Origin: Camelus ferus
Taxonomy: Eukaryota
Direction: 5' to 3'
NCBI RefSeq assembly: GCF_009834535.1
Contig: NC_045697.1
Location: 28,770,001 to 28,834,000 of the forward strand
DNA: 64,000 nucleotides
In this document: piece after piece, positions 35,571 to 48,348 of the stretch
Position numbering within the stretch: the first letter of the stretch is position 1
How the letters are laid out: the number at the start of each line of letters is the position of its first letter
Notes under the pieces: model-generated
Seen by the model: only the letters and a program-made list of their open reading frames with translations
Database searches by the model: none
Told to the model about the DNA's origin: nothing
Made by a program: the position numbers and the translations under genes

Positions 35571-38500
35571 AGAGGGTGTTTGGTTTGGCTTGTGATAGCT
35601 TTCTGTTCCTGGTTCCCTGCTTCTGTCTGTTTCTGTTCCTGGCTTTGGTTCAAACCAATGGGTTCATGAGATTCTTAAGACAAGAAAATGTAATAAAGAC
35701 TCTTGTGCTTCTCAAATTGTGTCTTTGTTTGTCTTGTTTGGGAGCTAGTGGGTAATGTAGAACCAAAGTTGATCAGTTTTTCAAGCATTTAGGGCACTGC
35801 GGTTGAAACCGTCTAACAGCCCTATTGCATAAGGCTCAGAGTTCTGACGGATGACGTTGGAGCCTCAGGGGCTTGAAGTCAACAGCAGCTTTTCCAAGGG
35901 CCCCTGCCTCCTTGCCTCATTGACTCCGTTCAGAAGCAGCCAGGACTTCATGTCTGCAGCTGCTGGGGTAGAAGGGTAGCTTCTTTGATTGGCTGAGGGT
36001 CTGGCCCTAGGAAAATGTGAGCCCTCTGTTCTTGGCTATTTCCAAGATCTTTCCCCACTTGTTTCCTATTGCACAGTGATTCAGGCCACTCTTGAGGTCG
36101 GTCAGCATTGTCCCCATCATCTGTCTCTTTCTGGGTGGTACCACTTTGAGATCATGGTACTACTAATTCTTGTGTCTTTCTTCCCTAAGCCATGAGACAC
36201 AGGTTTACCGAAACATCTACCTTCTGTTTTTCACTTCCTACTGACAATACTAAATACTAGCAAGGTGGGGCTCTGAGGCTGCCTGTTTGGGGATTTACGT
36301 GATTGATTGATATTTCTACTGGCATTTAGTTTTAGTTTCCCACAACAGAAACACACAAGCAACTTTCACTCTCTTCTCAATCCCCCTGTCAATTTAACAA
36401 ACTCCTCTCAAGGCAGGTTCTTAATGAGCCCTTGGTGTGCAGAAAAGACTGTAATGTTATTAATTTAAATTCCAGCAAGTGATGTGTGGTAATTTATTTA
36501 ACCATTCTCCTCTTGTTGGACATTTAGATTGCTTCCAATATTTGATTTTATGATTAATTACTATAAGGCATATCTTTATGCATAAAAGTTTTTCTGTATT
36601 TAGGAAAATAATTCCTCCCTAATTTTCCAGAGTTTTCAACACCACCAGAATGTAAATATGTTTTACATATTTATATTATTTACTACTGAGCCTATAAGTA
36701 CAGAATAATGACATTAACTGTCCCCACTAGCCCCCCTTTCCCCCCTCTGCTTAGTTTTCTTTGAACCTCTAAGTTCAAAGAAACTTCTCCCACATCTCCC
36801 TCTGTAAAATGCCTGTGAATTCCATTTTCACATTATCATTGCCATTTTCTTCCCATATAGACCTATCTTCTAGAGGTGTCTGTCTTCAGACTCAGATCTG
36901 TACTGATTTCTTTCTAGACCTATCACATAGAAGTTTTTTGGATCTGATGACCTACACTTTCTTGGTTTATTCTCTTATTTTGCTGGAGTGCATCCTCCAA
37001 TAGCATCCTGACAAATCGTTGCAAAGAAGATAAGCATTTTGATACTATCCATGTCTAAATATATCTAACTTAAAAATCATTTCCAATTTAGAATTTTGAG
37101 GTCAGTGATCCATTGTCTTCTTTCTTTTCTTCCTTCCTTCCTTCTTTTCTTTCTTTCTTTCTTTCTTTGAAGGCTTCTATAATCATCTTTCTTGTGTTCT
37201 GAAATTTCAAGCTGATATGTCTTTGTGTTGCTGTTTTAAAATGTATTATATTTGGCACTCAGTATGCTCTTTTTTAAAAAAAATTGAGATACAATTGACA
37301 CATGACATTATATTAGTTATATTAGGTATACAGCATAATGATTTCATATTTGTATATTTAATATGCCCTTTTAAGCTGGAGACTTGGCCTTTATTTCTGG
37401 GAAATGTTTTTGTGCTATTTCCTTGATAATTTTTTACCCACTGTTTTCTCTTTTGGAAACTCTTTTAGTTAGATGTTGAGCCTCTAGTTTAATCCTTTAA
37501 TTTTCTTATCTTTTTTACTTCGTCCTCGTTTTTAATTTCTAAAAGCACATTTTGTTCTCTTTTTCTCCCTCCTCCCTTTCATTTTCCTCCCTCTCTCCTA
37601 TTTCATCCTTCTTTCCTGAGAGACTTTCATGGTTCTAAAATCTTATCTCCCTGAGAATATCAATTTACTTTTTGAAATGTTCTTCTACCATCTGCATTAT
37701 CTGTTTTCTCTTCTCCCGGGTTCTTCCCCCGCCCCGGGTTTATTTGTTTTGGTCTCTGTCTTTACGGTTGGAACCTTTCCTCAAAGATCTGACGATCCTT
37801 GGATGTTTGTTCAGATTTTTAAATGAATGGCTGCAAGCCTGATTGGAAGCTCTGTGTGAGTAGGCAGGTCTTGTCAGCTTGTGGGCTTATTTTTAGATTA
37901 AAGAGGGTAGTCTGCCGGCTTGAGGGTGTGGGTGTGGGTGTGGGTGTGGTTCTCCCAAATGTCAGTGTGTGTAGGTATTTTCTCTGTAGCAATTTAGTTT
38001 ATCAAGAGAAGGAGCCTCAAATCTGCTTTTGGGGAGGATAAACCTGGCAGTTGGCGCTGCAGCACAGGGTGAGGTAAGGGGACTGAGGCATCTCAGTTCG
38101 GTCCGCAGACTTTCATCAAATCCTCATGCCTGCCCTCCTCCTGCTGGTTGCTGCCCAGAAGCCTGTCTCCAGATAAAGTACTGACAGAGTGGGGGAGGGG
38201 TGAATGCCTGACTGGTGGGAGTGGGGGAGGGGCTTGTAGCTCCAACTGCTGCTTTGCCAGTCTTTTCAGACACCCAGCATTGCTTTCAATGCCTCATTCT
38301 TACCACTGCCTTCCCGGGTACTACACGCTTCAATCCTAAGCCTTCCTAGGGGGAGTTGTCTTGCTTCTTAAGGATGTTCTCCAACAAACTCTGATCTTCC
38401 TCTTTTCTGCTAACCCTCCATCTGCTTTTTGTCTTCATATATTGGGATTTGTGGGGTACAGATATTTCCTAGTTTTATTAAAGATGGGATTTGTGTTTCT

Positions 38501-38575
38501 GTTTCTTGTTCTGATTGTGTTTGGAGGAAATTTTCAAAAGAAGAGGTTAGAAAGGTCAATGATCAGCCATCTTAA

Positions 38576-38703
38576 ACTCTGTATTTGGGGGGGTTGGTAA
38601 TTAGGTATTTATTTTAATTTTTTTAATGGAGGTACTGAGGATTGAATCCAGGGCATCCTGCATGCCAAACACATGCTCTGCCACTGAGCTATACCCCCAC
38701 CCC
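38576..38703 (-). mobile_element. Vic-1-like SINE with perfect 19-bp TSD
   Basis: CAATGATCAGCCATCTTAA at 38557-38575 and 38704-38722; GGAGGTACTGAGGATTGAATCCAGG..CACTGAGCTATACCCC. Confidence 0.92.
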
Positions 38704-38844
38704 CAATGATCAGCCATCTTAATCTTGGAAATTGTGGAGGTGATTTCCACACTTATTTAAATCATCACTATCCAAACTTTCTTGAAAAAAAAAATCAATA
38801 GTATTCAGAAAGCAGTTTTCTTTGCACGTACTCTGCTCAATGGC

Positions 38845-39069
38845 AGTGCCAAGCAGTGCTATGCCTAGCTATACTGGAGCCTGAGACAAAAGAGAAAATT
38901 ACTAATACTGATCTATTTTTAAATTCCTGATATTTTTATAGGGTTTTTGCACCAATTTTGAGTTTTAAATATATTGTATTAAATATTATTTGTCTTGATT
39001 ACTGAATTTTTTTGGCACCCCTTAAATATTACCCCCTGGTTGAGTGACTTCATCTTAATCCTGGCCCTG
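38845..39069 (-). mobile_element. hAT MITE (MER96B-like)
   Basis: TGGAGCCTGAGACAAAAG..CTTGATTACTGAATTTTTTGGCACCCCTTAAAT..CCTGGCCCTG. Confidence 0.65.
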
Positions 39070-39614
39070 GGGGGTGTCACATTCTTCACCAGCTACCCTC
39101 ACCTCCATAAACCACTACAAATAAACATATAATCTAAGTAAAAGTAGTCTGTGTGTGCTATGCACACTTTCAGCTTCAGGACAAATCCCACAGTCGCCGT
39201 TTCAATCAGTTTACCTTCAAGAGCACCTACGTAGGTGTTTCTGAGTCCTCTCCTCTGTTCATAGTAGAGTTGGTTTCTTTCTAGGGAATAGAGGACTGGG
39301 TCAAAGTGACTTTCTTGAACTACTATTACTTGTCTGTGTCCAGGTAATTATGGAAATTGAGAACAAGCATTTAGAGACTTTTATAGTAATTTGACAGAAT
39401 AATTTATGTTTGTTGAATTTAATAATAAAAATGTCAACTTATATTTTTGATGTCTTTGTTCTTCTTAGATTAATTTTCTAGTAATTAATTTTTATCATAT
39501 TTTATAGAAGTATTAATTGGTGATGGATTGGGAAGAAAAAACTAGGCTTTCATCATAGGTAATCTGAAAAATCTAAGTCTGGAGAGCATTCCTGGGATTT
39601 AAAAAAGAGTCAAA

Positions 39615-40965
39615 GTTTTCATGATATTGGACTTGGCAATGGTCTCTTGGATATGACATCAAAAGCATATGCAACAAAGGCAAAAGTAGACAAATGGGAC
39701 TACTTCAAACTAAAACTTTTGTGCATCAGAGGACACAGTCAATGGAATAAAAAAGCAACCTACCAAGTGAGAGATTATTTTTGTAAATAGTATATCTGAC
39801 AAGGGGTAAATATCTAGAATATATAAAGAACTCCTATATCTCAAAAATCAAATAACTCAGTTAAAAAGTGGGCAAAGAATTTGAACAAACATTTCTCCAA
39901 AGGTGGTGTACAAATAAGCAACACACATAAGAAAAGATTCTCAACACCTCTAATCATCAGGAAAATGTAGATCAAAACCACAATGAGATATCATCTCACA
40001 TCCATTAGAATGGCCACTATCAAAAAAAAAAGGAAAATAACAAATGTTAGGGAAGATGTGAAGAAATTAGGGCCCTTGTGTGCTATTGGTGGAAATGTAA
40101 AATGGTGCAACTGCTATGGAAAACATAATGGCAGTTTTTTAAAAAATTAAAAATAGAACTACTGTATAATCCAGCAATCCTACTTCTGGGTATATACTGC
40201 AAAGAACTGAAAACAAGATATCAAAGAGATATTTGCACACCCACATTCATTCAGCACTAGTCACAATATCCAAGAGGTGGAAGCAAACTAAATGCTCATT
40301 GACAGATGAAAGGCTAAACAAAATGTAGTGTATATACAGAATACAATATTATTCAGCCTTAAAAAGTAAGAAAATCGTGTCATATGCTACAGCATGGGTG
40401 AATCTTAAGGACATTATGCTAAGTGAAATATGCCAGTCACCAAAAGCTGGGGTGGGGGGGAAGGAATAAATTAAGAGTTTGGGATTAATAGATACACATC
40501 ACTATATAAAAAATAGATAAACAACAAGGAAGTACTGCATAGTACAGGGAACTATATTCAATTTCTTGTTATAAGCTATAATGGAAAAGAACTTGAAAAA
40601 AAATGCATATATATGTATAACTGAATCACTTTGCTGTACACCTGAACCTAACATTGTAAATCAACTACTTCAATAAAAAAATTAAAAAAACACAAAAAGC
40701 CAAATATTGTATGATTCCACTTATATGAAGTATCTAAAGTGGTCAAATTCATAGAAACAAAAGGTAAAATGGTGATTACTAGAGGCAGAAGGGAGGGGAA
40801 AGGGGTGCTGCTGTTTAATAGGAAAAGAATTTCAGATTTGCAAGATGAAAAATTTCTAGGGATCTGTTTCACAGCAATGTGAGTAAACTTACTACTGAAC
40901 TGCACTATTAAAAATGGGTAAGATGGTGAATTTTATGTTATGTGCTTTTTTTTTAAACCACAATT
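39615..40965 (+). mobile_element. L1MB-like LINE-1 3' region with a younger L1 3' end nested at 40448-40690
   Basis: ORF2-end and 3'UTR motifs; nested piece flanked by CAC(C/A)AAAAGC at 40438 and 40691. Confidence 0.88.
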
Positions 40966-41022
40966 TCAAAAAGAGAGAGAAAAAGAAAAACTAAGGGAAG
41001 TTGGCTTGTCTCTTATCTCCTC

Positions 41023-41605
41023 TGTATTAGTTTTTTTTGATGCATAAAAAATTATCACAGACTTATAGTTTAAAACAACATGCATGGGTCAGGAGTCTTG
41101 TCTGGGTTAGCTGGCTCCTTTGGTCAGGGTCTTGCCAGGCTGAAATCAAGGTGTTGACCATGGCTACAATCTCATCTGAAGCTCAGGGTCCTCTTTCAAG
41201 CTCATTGTGAATGTTGGTAGAATTTAATTCCTTGTGGTTATGTGATTGAGGTTCCTGTTTCTTGCTAGCTGTTTGCTGAAGACTGCTCTCACCTCCTAGA
41301 GGCTGCCCTCAGGTCCTTACCTCATGGCACCTTATCACAACATAACAGTTTGCTTCATCTTCAAGGCCATCAGGAAATCATCTCTCTGACAGTTCACCTA
41401 CTTTTAAAGAGCTCACCTGATTAGGGCAGGTCCACTAAAGATAATCTCCTTTTTGATTAACCCAAGGTCCACTGATTAGTAATCTAATCATGGGGCCGAT
41501 ACTCCATCATATTCACTTGGTCTCACTCAGAGGGAGGTATTTATACACAAGACATATACATCAGAGGGCAGGAATCATTGGAGTCATCTTAGAATTCTGC
41601 TATCA
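41023..41605 (-). mobile_element. MaLR LTR (MLT1D/E-like)
   Basis: TGTATTAG..GGCTGAAATCAAGGTGTTG..GCTCACCTGATTAGG..CATCTTAGAATTCTGC. Confidence 0.8.
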
Positions 41606-42339
41606 AACCTTCTCCCCTTTGTTGAAAGTCATCAAATACCTTGCAGGACTTGTGGGATAAGACAGCCTTAAGTGGGGAAGAAAACTCTATGGTGATTTAT
41701 TTTTTTTGTAGCAAAGAACTTTTTTTTTTGTTACTTTTTTTGAGGTATAGTTAATTTATAATATTATATGTTTCATATGTACAACATAGTGATTCAGAAT
41801 TTTTACAGATTATATTCAATTTATGCTTATTATAAAATATTGTCTATATTCCCTGTGCTGTAGCAAGTAACTTCTTGCATAGTAACATGACATTACGTTT
41901 TCTGTTGACTCAAAACAATGATATATATTTATATTCTTTTCAGATCATATTTCTTTTATTTCCGGAAGTCATAAATTTATATATTTTAAGCTTTGTTTAA
42001 AGTACTAACTGTATGAGGAAAATCTGTCTCCAATGTTTATATTATAGTTGCCATGAGCTCTGAGAAATGTTACTTCTTCAGTACGTTGGAAATAATACTA
42101 AACTAAGGATGTGACTAGATTGGGAACTTTTAAAACCATTTTTTTGCATCAGAAATTTTATAAGTGGACAAAGAAGTAAAAATCTAATGCTACAAAAGGC
42201 AATATTGTAAATCAAAATATGTATACCTTTTATGGCACACATGTAATTTCACATGTATTTAAGAGAAACCTATAAAATAATAATAATAGTAATAATCAGG
42301 CAGCATAATAATCTACAGAAAGAGTATTGGCTTTTTAAG

Positions 42340-42583
42340 AAAAAACAAACATATTTTTTGAGATATCATTCACATACCATAAAATTCACCCATTTCAAAT
42401 GTACAGTGGTTTTAGTATATTCACAGGGTTGTGCAACCATCACTATAATCTAAATTAGGAATATTTTCATGGTCTTAAAAAGAAACTCCTTACCTAGTGG
42501 CAGTCACAATCCCTATTCCACATGCCCTAATCCTAATTGACTAATCTACATTCCGTTTCTACAGGCTTGCTTATTCTAAACTT

Positions 42584-42627
<44 letters not shown>

Positions 42628-43085
42628 TGGAATTATATAACATGTATCTGACTTCTGTGTCTGGCTTCTGTTACTTAGCATAATATTTTCAAGGTTCATC
42701 TATGTTATAGCACAAATTGATATTTCTTCTTACAGACGAATTCTGTGGTTCCATTGTATGGCTGTACCACATTTTATCTACCCATTCATCAATTGTTGGA
42801 CATTGGGCTGTTTCCACTTTTTGTCTGAGTAATGCTGCTATGAATGTTCATGTATACATTTTTGAGAGGATAAATTGTGTTTTCATTTCTCTTATGTATA
42901 TATCTGAGAGTGGAATAGCTGTATCACATGGTAACTCTACGTTTAATTTTTGAGGAACTGCCTGACTATTTTCCAAAGCAGCTGCACAACCAATGGCAAT
43001 GTATGATGGTTCCAATTTCTCTATATCCTTGTCAACACTTGTTATTGTTCATCTTTTTTATTATAGTCATCTCAGTGGGTGTGAA
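42340..43085 (-). mobile_element. L1MB-like 3' region containing a (TA)n microsatellite
   Basis: CACATACCATAAAATTCACCCATTT..TTTTGAGGAACTGCC..TTCCAAAGCAGCTGCAC. Confidence 0.85.
42590..42624. repeat. (TA)n microsatellite, ~17 units
   Basis: Direct reading of the sequence. Confidence 0.95.
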
Positions 43086-44097
43086 GATTACTGACTTTTA
43101 AGTTAATCAGAATCATATGCCTAATCCAAATATGACCAACTCACTTCCATTCAATGGTCCCAATTTTGTTTTTCAGACTGCATTCCAAAGGTGGACTATA
43201 ACATAGGACACCTTCCATATTGCTATCTCTGGCCTCTTTTTCTGCCACTTCCGTTCCCTGCACTTTCTACTCTGAATTGTATGAAGTTTTCTGCATGCAC
43301 TTCGCTACCTCTAACCTCTGAAACTTTCTTTCTGCTTTTCTCTCTGCCTAGATATCCCCCCCCATCTTTTTGCCTAATTTTTACTCATGCTTTAAGACCC
43401 AGGAATTCGTTTCTCATATTGCTCTTCTCTAAATTCCCAGGTGTTATTACTTTTTTCTACTAGGTATTACCTTATGAATACTACAACTGTTTGAGGCAGG
43501 AAATATTATCCTAATTTTATACATAAGGAAACTGCCCCTTAGAGAGAATGAGAGATGGAGACATTAGTAACTTGCCAAAAGTCACACCATAAGTGAGTGG
43601 CACAGATTGAATTAAACGCTTTTCCTCTGTGCTCTCATGGTAGTCTCTGTACACATGGGTTCTTTATCTCATTACATTTATTTAGCTCCTTATATCTCCC
43701 CATTCAATCATTCATTCATTTAACCATTAATTCCCCAAATACTTATTTATAGTTTACCATATGTCGGGCACTGTGGCAGGTGCTAGGGACACGATGCTGA
43801 CAAGACAGATCCTATATGGGACCTCACTGAACTTAAGAGTCTATTGGGGTGTACAAATGACTCAGTTAATGGATATGTGATGTGGTAGCAAGTAGCAGGG
43901 GGATTGAATCAGTAGTTAAAGAAACCTGGGGAAAAAATGACTTTGAAACTGATAAATATAAGAATGACTAGGGGTTAATGAGGTAAATACCTTATGGTGT
44001 TTGGCTTGGAGATGACAGGTAGCATGTCATACTATATGTTCTCTCTTTTCTCTCTTTTTTAAGCCCCCAAATTTAGTGGCTTAAGAAACAAATATTT

Positions 44098-45547
44098 GCT
44101 TTTTCAGTGCCATCTGCTCATGGTGCTGCCTCCCGCTCCCCTCCGCTGCCTCCCTGAGTGACTGTCTGTGCAGCTCTGGCCACCTGGCTCCCCATGCTAG
44201 CCACCAATATTTGAAGTCCTCACAACAATGTAGACATTGACAACAAAGAACAGTCTGAACTTGATCAACATTTGGTTGACGTTGAAAAAGTAGAAAAAGA
44301 AACAAAAATTGAAGCATGCCAGCTGACTGTTCAAATGCAGCAAAATCCTCAGATACTTGCAGTCCTTCAAGAAAGACTTGATGGTCTGGTAGAAACATCA
44401 ACAGGATACATTGAAAGCTTGCCTACGGTAATTATAAGATGAGCAGTGCTCTAGAAAACCTTCAAGTTAAATGTACACAGACAGCAGCCAAATTCTTTGA
44501 GGAAGTTCATGATCTTGAAAGAAAGTATGCTGTTCTCTATCAGCCTCTCTATTCGTAAGCGATTTAAGATCATCAATGCAATTTATGAACCTATGGAAGA
44601 AGAATGTGAATGGAAACCAGATGAGGAAGGTGAAATTTTGGAAGAGTTGAAAAAAAAGGCCAACATTGAAGATGAGAAAAAAGATAAAAAGAAAGAAGAC
44701 CACAAGGGAATTCCTGAATTTTAGTTGACTGTTTTTAAGAATGTTGACTTACTTAGTGGTATGTTTTAGGAACATGATAAACTTATTATGAAGCATTTAA
44801 AAGATATTAAAGTGAAGTTTTTAGATGCAGGCCAGCCTATGAGTTTTGAATTTCACTTTGAACCCAGTGAATATTTCACAAATGAAGTGTTGACAAAGAC
44901 ATATAGAATGAAGTCAGAACCAGATGATTCTGATCTCTTTTCTTTTGATGGACCAAAAATCATGGGTTGTACAAGGTGCCAGATAGATTGAAAAAAAAAG
45001 GGAACAGATTGTCACTTTGAAAACCATTAAGAAGCAGAAACATAAGGGACTTGGGACAGTTCATACTGTGACCAAAACAGTTTCTAATGACACTTGCTTA
45101 AATTTTTTTGCCCTCTGCATGTTGCTGCTGAAGTTATCCTTGCTGCAGACTTTGAAAGTGGTCATTTTTTATATGATTGTATCATCCCCAGATCGGTGTC
45201 ATACTTAACTGGAGAAGCTACTGAAGAAGAAGACGATGATGATGATGAAGAAGGTGAAGAGGAGGATGAGGAAGGGGAAGAAGAAGGAGATAAGGAAAAT
45301 GATCCAGACTGTAACTCTAAAAAGAATTGAAACCCAAGAGGGCAAGCAGCAGTGAAGCAGGATGTATGTGGCCTTGAGGATAACCTCCACAGGTCTTCCA
45401 TCTGCTTCCCTGGAAAAGAACAATTTCCATAATTTGACAAGCCTATTTCAAGTTTTTGTTGTTGTTGTTTATTTGTTTGGTGTTTTTGTTTGATTTTTGT
45501 GGGGTCTTTTTTAGCCTAAAATAAAAATGTCAAATCACCAAAAAAAT
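44098..45547 (+). pseudogene. NAP1L1: NAP1L1 processed pseudogene (5'UTR, decayed CDS ~44228-45355, short 3'UTR, A-tail remnant)
   Basis: Intronless fragments match NAP1L1: DIDNKEQSELDQ, LQERLDGLVETSTGYIESLP, INAIYEPMEEECEWKPDEE, KGIPEF, FHFEPSEYFTNEVLTKTYRMKSEPDDSD, an acidic tail, KQQ*. Has frameshifts and stops (e.g. TAG replacing W after GIPEF). AATAAA at 45520 followed by an A run. Confidence 0.96.
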
Positions 45548-45552
45548 TTTAA

Positions 45553-45992
45553 ATTATCTCACATTTTCTGTGGTCAGGAATTTGGAAGTGACTTAACGGG
45601 TAATTGTGGCTCAGAATCTCTCATGAGTTTGCCATCAAGACAGTAGCTGGGGCTGTAGTCATCTGGATGCCTGACAAAGTTTGACTAGAGGATCTGCTTC
45701 CAAGATGGCTCACTCACATGGCTGTTGGAAGAGGCCTGAGTTCCCCACCACATGAGTCTCTCTACAGGGCTGCTTGAGTATCTTTGAAATATGGCAGCTT
45801 CCCCAAGAAACAGCAAGTCCACAGTGCCTTTTATGACCTTGTCTTAGAAGTCATACAACATCACTTCTACCACATTCTATTCATTAGAAGTGAGTCACTA
45901 AATCTACCCCATACTTAAGGGGAGAAGTATGCTTCAACTTCTTGAAAGAAGGAGTGTCAAAGATCTTGTAGACATATTTTAAAACCACCACA
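45553..45992 (-). mobile_element. MLT1F/G/H-like MaLR LTR; its other piece (44064-44097) lies left of the pseudogene
   Basis: CCCCAAATTTAGTGGCTTAA..ATTT joins ATTATCTCACA..GGTCAGGAATTTGG; CTTCCAAGATGGCTCACTCACATGGCTG. Confidence 0.8.
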
Positions 45993-46159
45993 CATCTTCA
46001 GGGAAATGACAACAACAACAAAGTTCAGCATGGCTAGAATTAGAGTAAAGGAGGATGAAGAGAAGACTGGTGAGTGATAACACTGGAAAAATTAGCTGGA
46101 GCCAGAGTCCTTATTGCCCTATTAATCTTAGTGATTTAGCTTTTATTTTAAGAGCAGGG

Positions 46160-47690
46160 GAAACTATTGTAAAGTTTTCTTTTTTTAAAGCTCTATTGAA
46201 ATATAATTCATAAACCAAGCAATTCACCCATTTAAAGTGTTCAATTCAATGGCTTTCAGTATATTCACAAAATTGTGCATTTATCTCTACAATCAATTTT
46301 AGGACATTTTCCCCCAAAGAAACAACTTTAGTTGTTACTCCTTATCCCTCATCCCTAGGCAACCACTAATCTACTTTTTATCTCTATCCATTTGCCTATT
46401 CTGGGCCTTTCATATAAATGGAATCATACAATATGAGATCCTTTGTGACTGGCTTCTCGCATTTACCATGTTTTCAAGTTTCATCTATGTTGCAGTATGG
46501 ATAAATACTTCATTTTTTTTTAAATGGATGAAGAATATTCTATTTCATGGATATATCACATTTCATTTATTAGTTGATTGACATTTGGGTTATTTCTATT
46601 TTTTGCCTATTGTGAATAATGTGGCTACAAACATTCAAGTACAAGATTTTGCATGGACATGTTTTTATTTCTCTTGGGTATATACCTAGAAGTGGAATTT
46701 CTGGATCATGTAATAACTATATGTTTAACTTTTTGAGGAACTGCTACCCTGTGTCCCATTTGCCTGCACCATTTTACATTCCTCCTAGCAATATATGAGA
46801 GTTCTAATTTCTTCACATCCTTGCCAATATATGTTATTGTCCATCTTTTTTTGGATAACAGCCATCCTAGTGGGTATGATAAGGCATTTCATTGTGTTTT
46901 TAATTTGCATTTCTGTTTTGAAATGTAGGTTTTGTTATTATTCAGGAATGCCAAGGTCAACAGATTGAAAAGCCATTGAAATGATAGCTGTTATGCCATT
47001 GCAGAGGGAGCCACAAGGGGAAGTACCAAGTTCAGTCTGGAGGGGAGAGGAATGCAGTCAAGAGTTTTTATTGTGGTTTCCGTGGGAAGGAACAGGTAGG
47101 GCAGAGTAAGCAGGTTTAAGATTGGCCAGGTTGAATAATTTCCATAGCCCAGGGACATAGGGGCTGCTCCCACTGGTCTGTTATCTGGCCCTTGGGGCTT
47201 AGGTAGGGAAATAGTGGCCTGGAGTAAAAGAATCTGATAAAGGAGGTGATTGACTGGTATGGACTCTGGATTGGTTGGTTTGCATATGAAAGGCATGACT
47301 GAAGGCAAGTCTTTTACTGTCTATAAAAATTGGCTAACCCTGGGAAAGGAAAGTGCTTCAGGGTTAGCAAGGCCCCCAGATGTCAAAGTGTCAGAAATAC
47401 AGGGTTAATACCTGACAGTTAATAACGTGGAATATCTTTTCATATGCTTATTGGCCATTTGTATATCTTCTCTGGAGAAGTGTCTGCTCAGATCCTTTGC
47501 CCATTTTTAAATTAGGTTGTCTTTTTATTATTGAGTTGCATTTGTTCTTTATACATTCTAGCTAATCATATATTTAACATATTTTACAAATCATATGTAT
47601 CAAATATATGATTTGCAAAATATGTCTCCTAGTCTGTGGGTTTTTTCTTTTTTTCCTTCACTTTCTTGATGTTGTCTTTTGGAGCACAAA
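46160..47690 (-). mobile_element. L1MB-like LINE-1 interrupted by an LTR (46914-47417, probably ERVL class)
   Basis: L1 text TAATTTGCATTTC resumes as GTTAATAACGTGGAATATCTTTTCATATGC after a ~500-nt TG...CA element with a minus-strand AATAAA. Confidence 0.8.
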
Positions 47691-48348
47691 AGGGAAACTT
47701 TAAAGGAAAGTGACCTAACTAGACTTACATTTTATAAAGAATACTCTGTTGGCAGTATAGCTAATTGTGTGTGCGTGAGCAAGGCTGGGGAAGTAAAACC
47801 AGTTAGGAGTGAGTTGCAGTGATCTAAGAAAGAGATAAAGATGCCTGGAATAGAGCAGTAGTGCAAGAACGGAGAGAAATGGGGCTTAGTAGGAGCTGGA
47901 ATGTCTGAGACTTAGAAATTTATTGCTTATTACTGAGAAGTACAGAATGTAATAAAGAGAAAAATCATGAATGAAGGCCAGGTATTTGGAAACTTCAGGA
48001 CACACTGTAACTGTAATTAAAAGGACACTAGAGATGAATTTTCTTCATTAGTTAGTACTTTAAACAAAATTTAAATATATAAAATTCTAACTTTTGGAGC
48101 AGAAAGGAATGCAATCTAAATGGAATATAAGTATTTAAATATTTAATTTTTTTATTGAGAGAGACTGAGAGATGATATTGGGATATAAGGAGTTCATTGC
48201 TACAAAAAGTTCTTTAAAATTTTTAGACAAATATGAATTAAATGTTAGGAAATGTGTTGTTTTTAACAATGTGTCACATTTCAGAGTTACTGAACAAAGT
48301 ATGAAAAAGGATTCATTCTTTTATATTAAGTCTTAGATTAAGTTAAAC

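Noticed and set aside
35347..35571. 74-aa R/E/G/K-rich ORF
   Set aside because: Translation of a polypurine low-complexity tract.
44497..45330. NAP1-like ORFs as a functional retrogene
   Set aside because: Disrupted start region, multiple frameshifts, in-frame stops and deletions.
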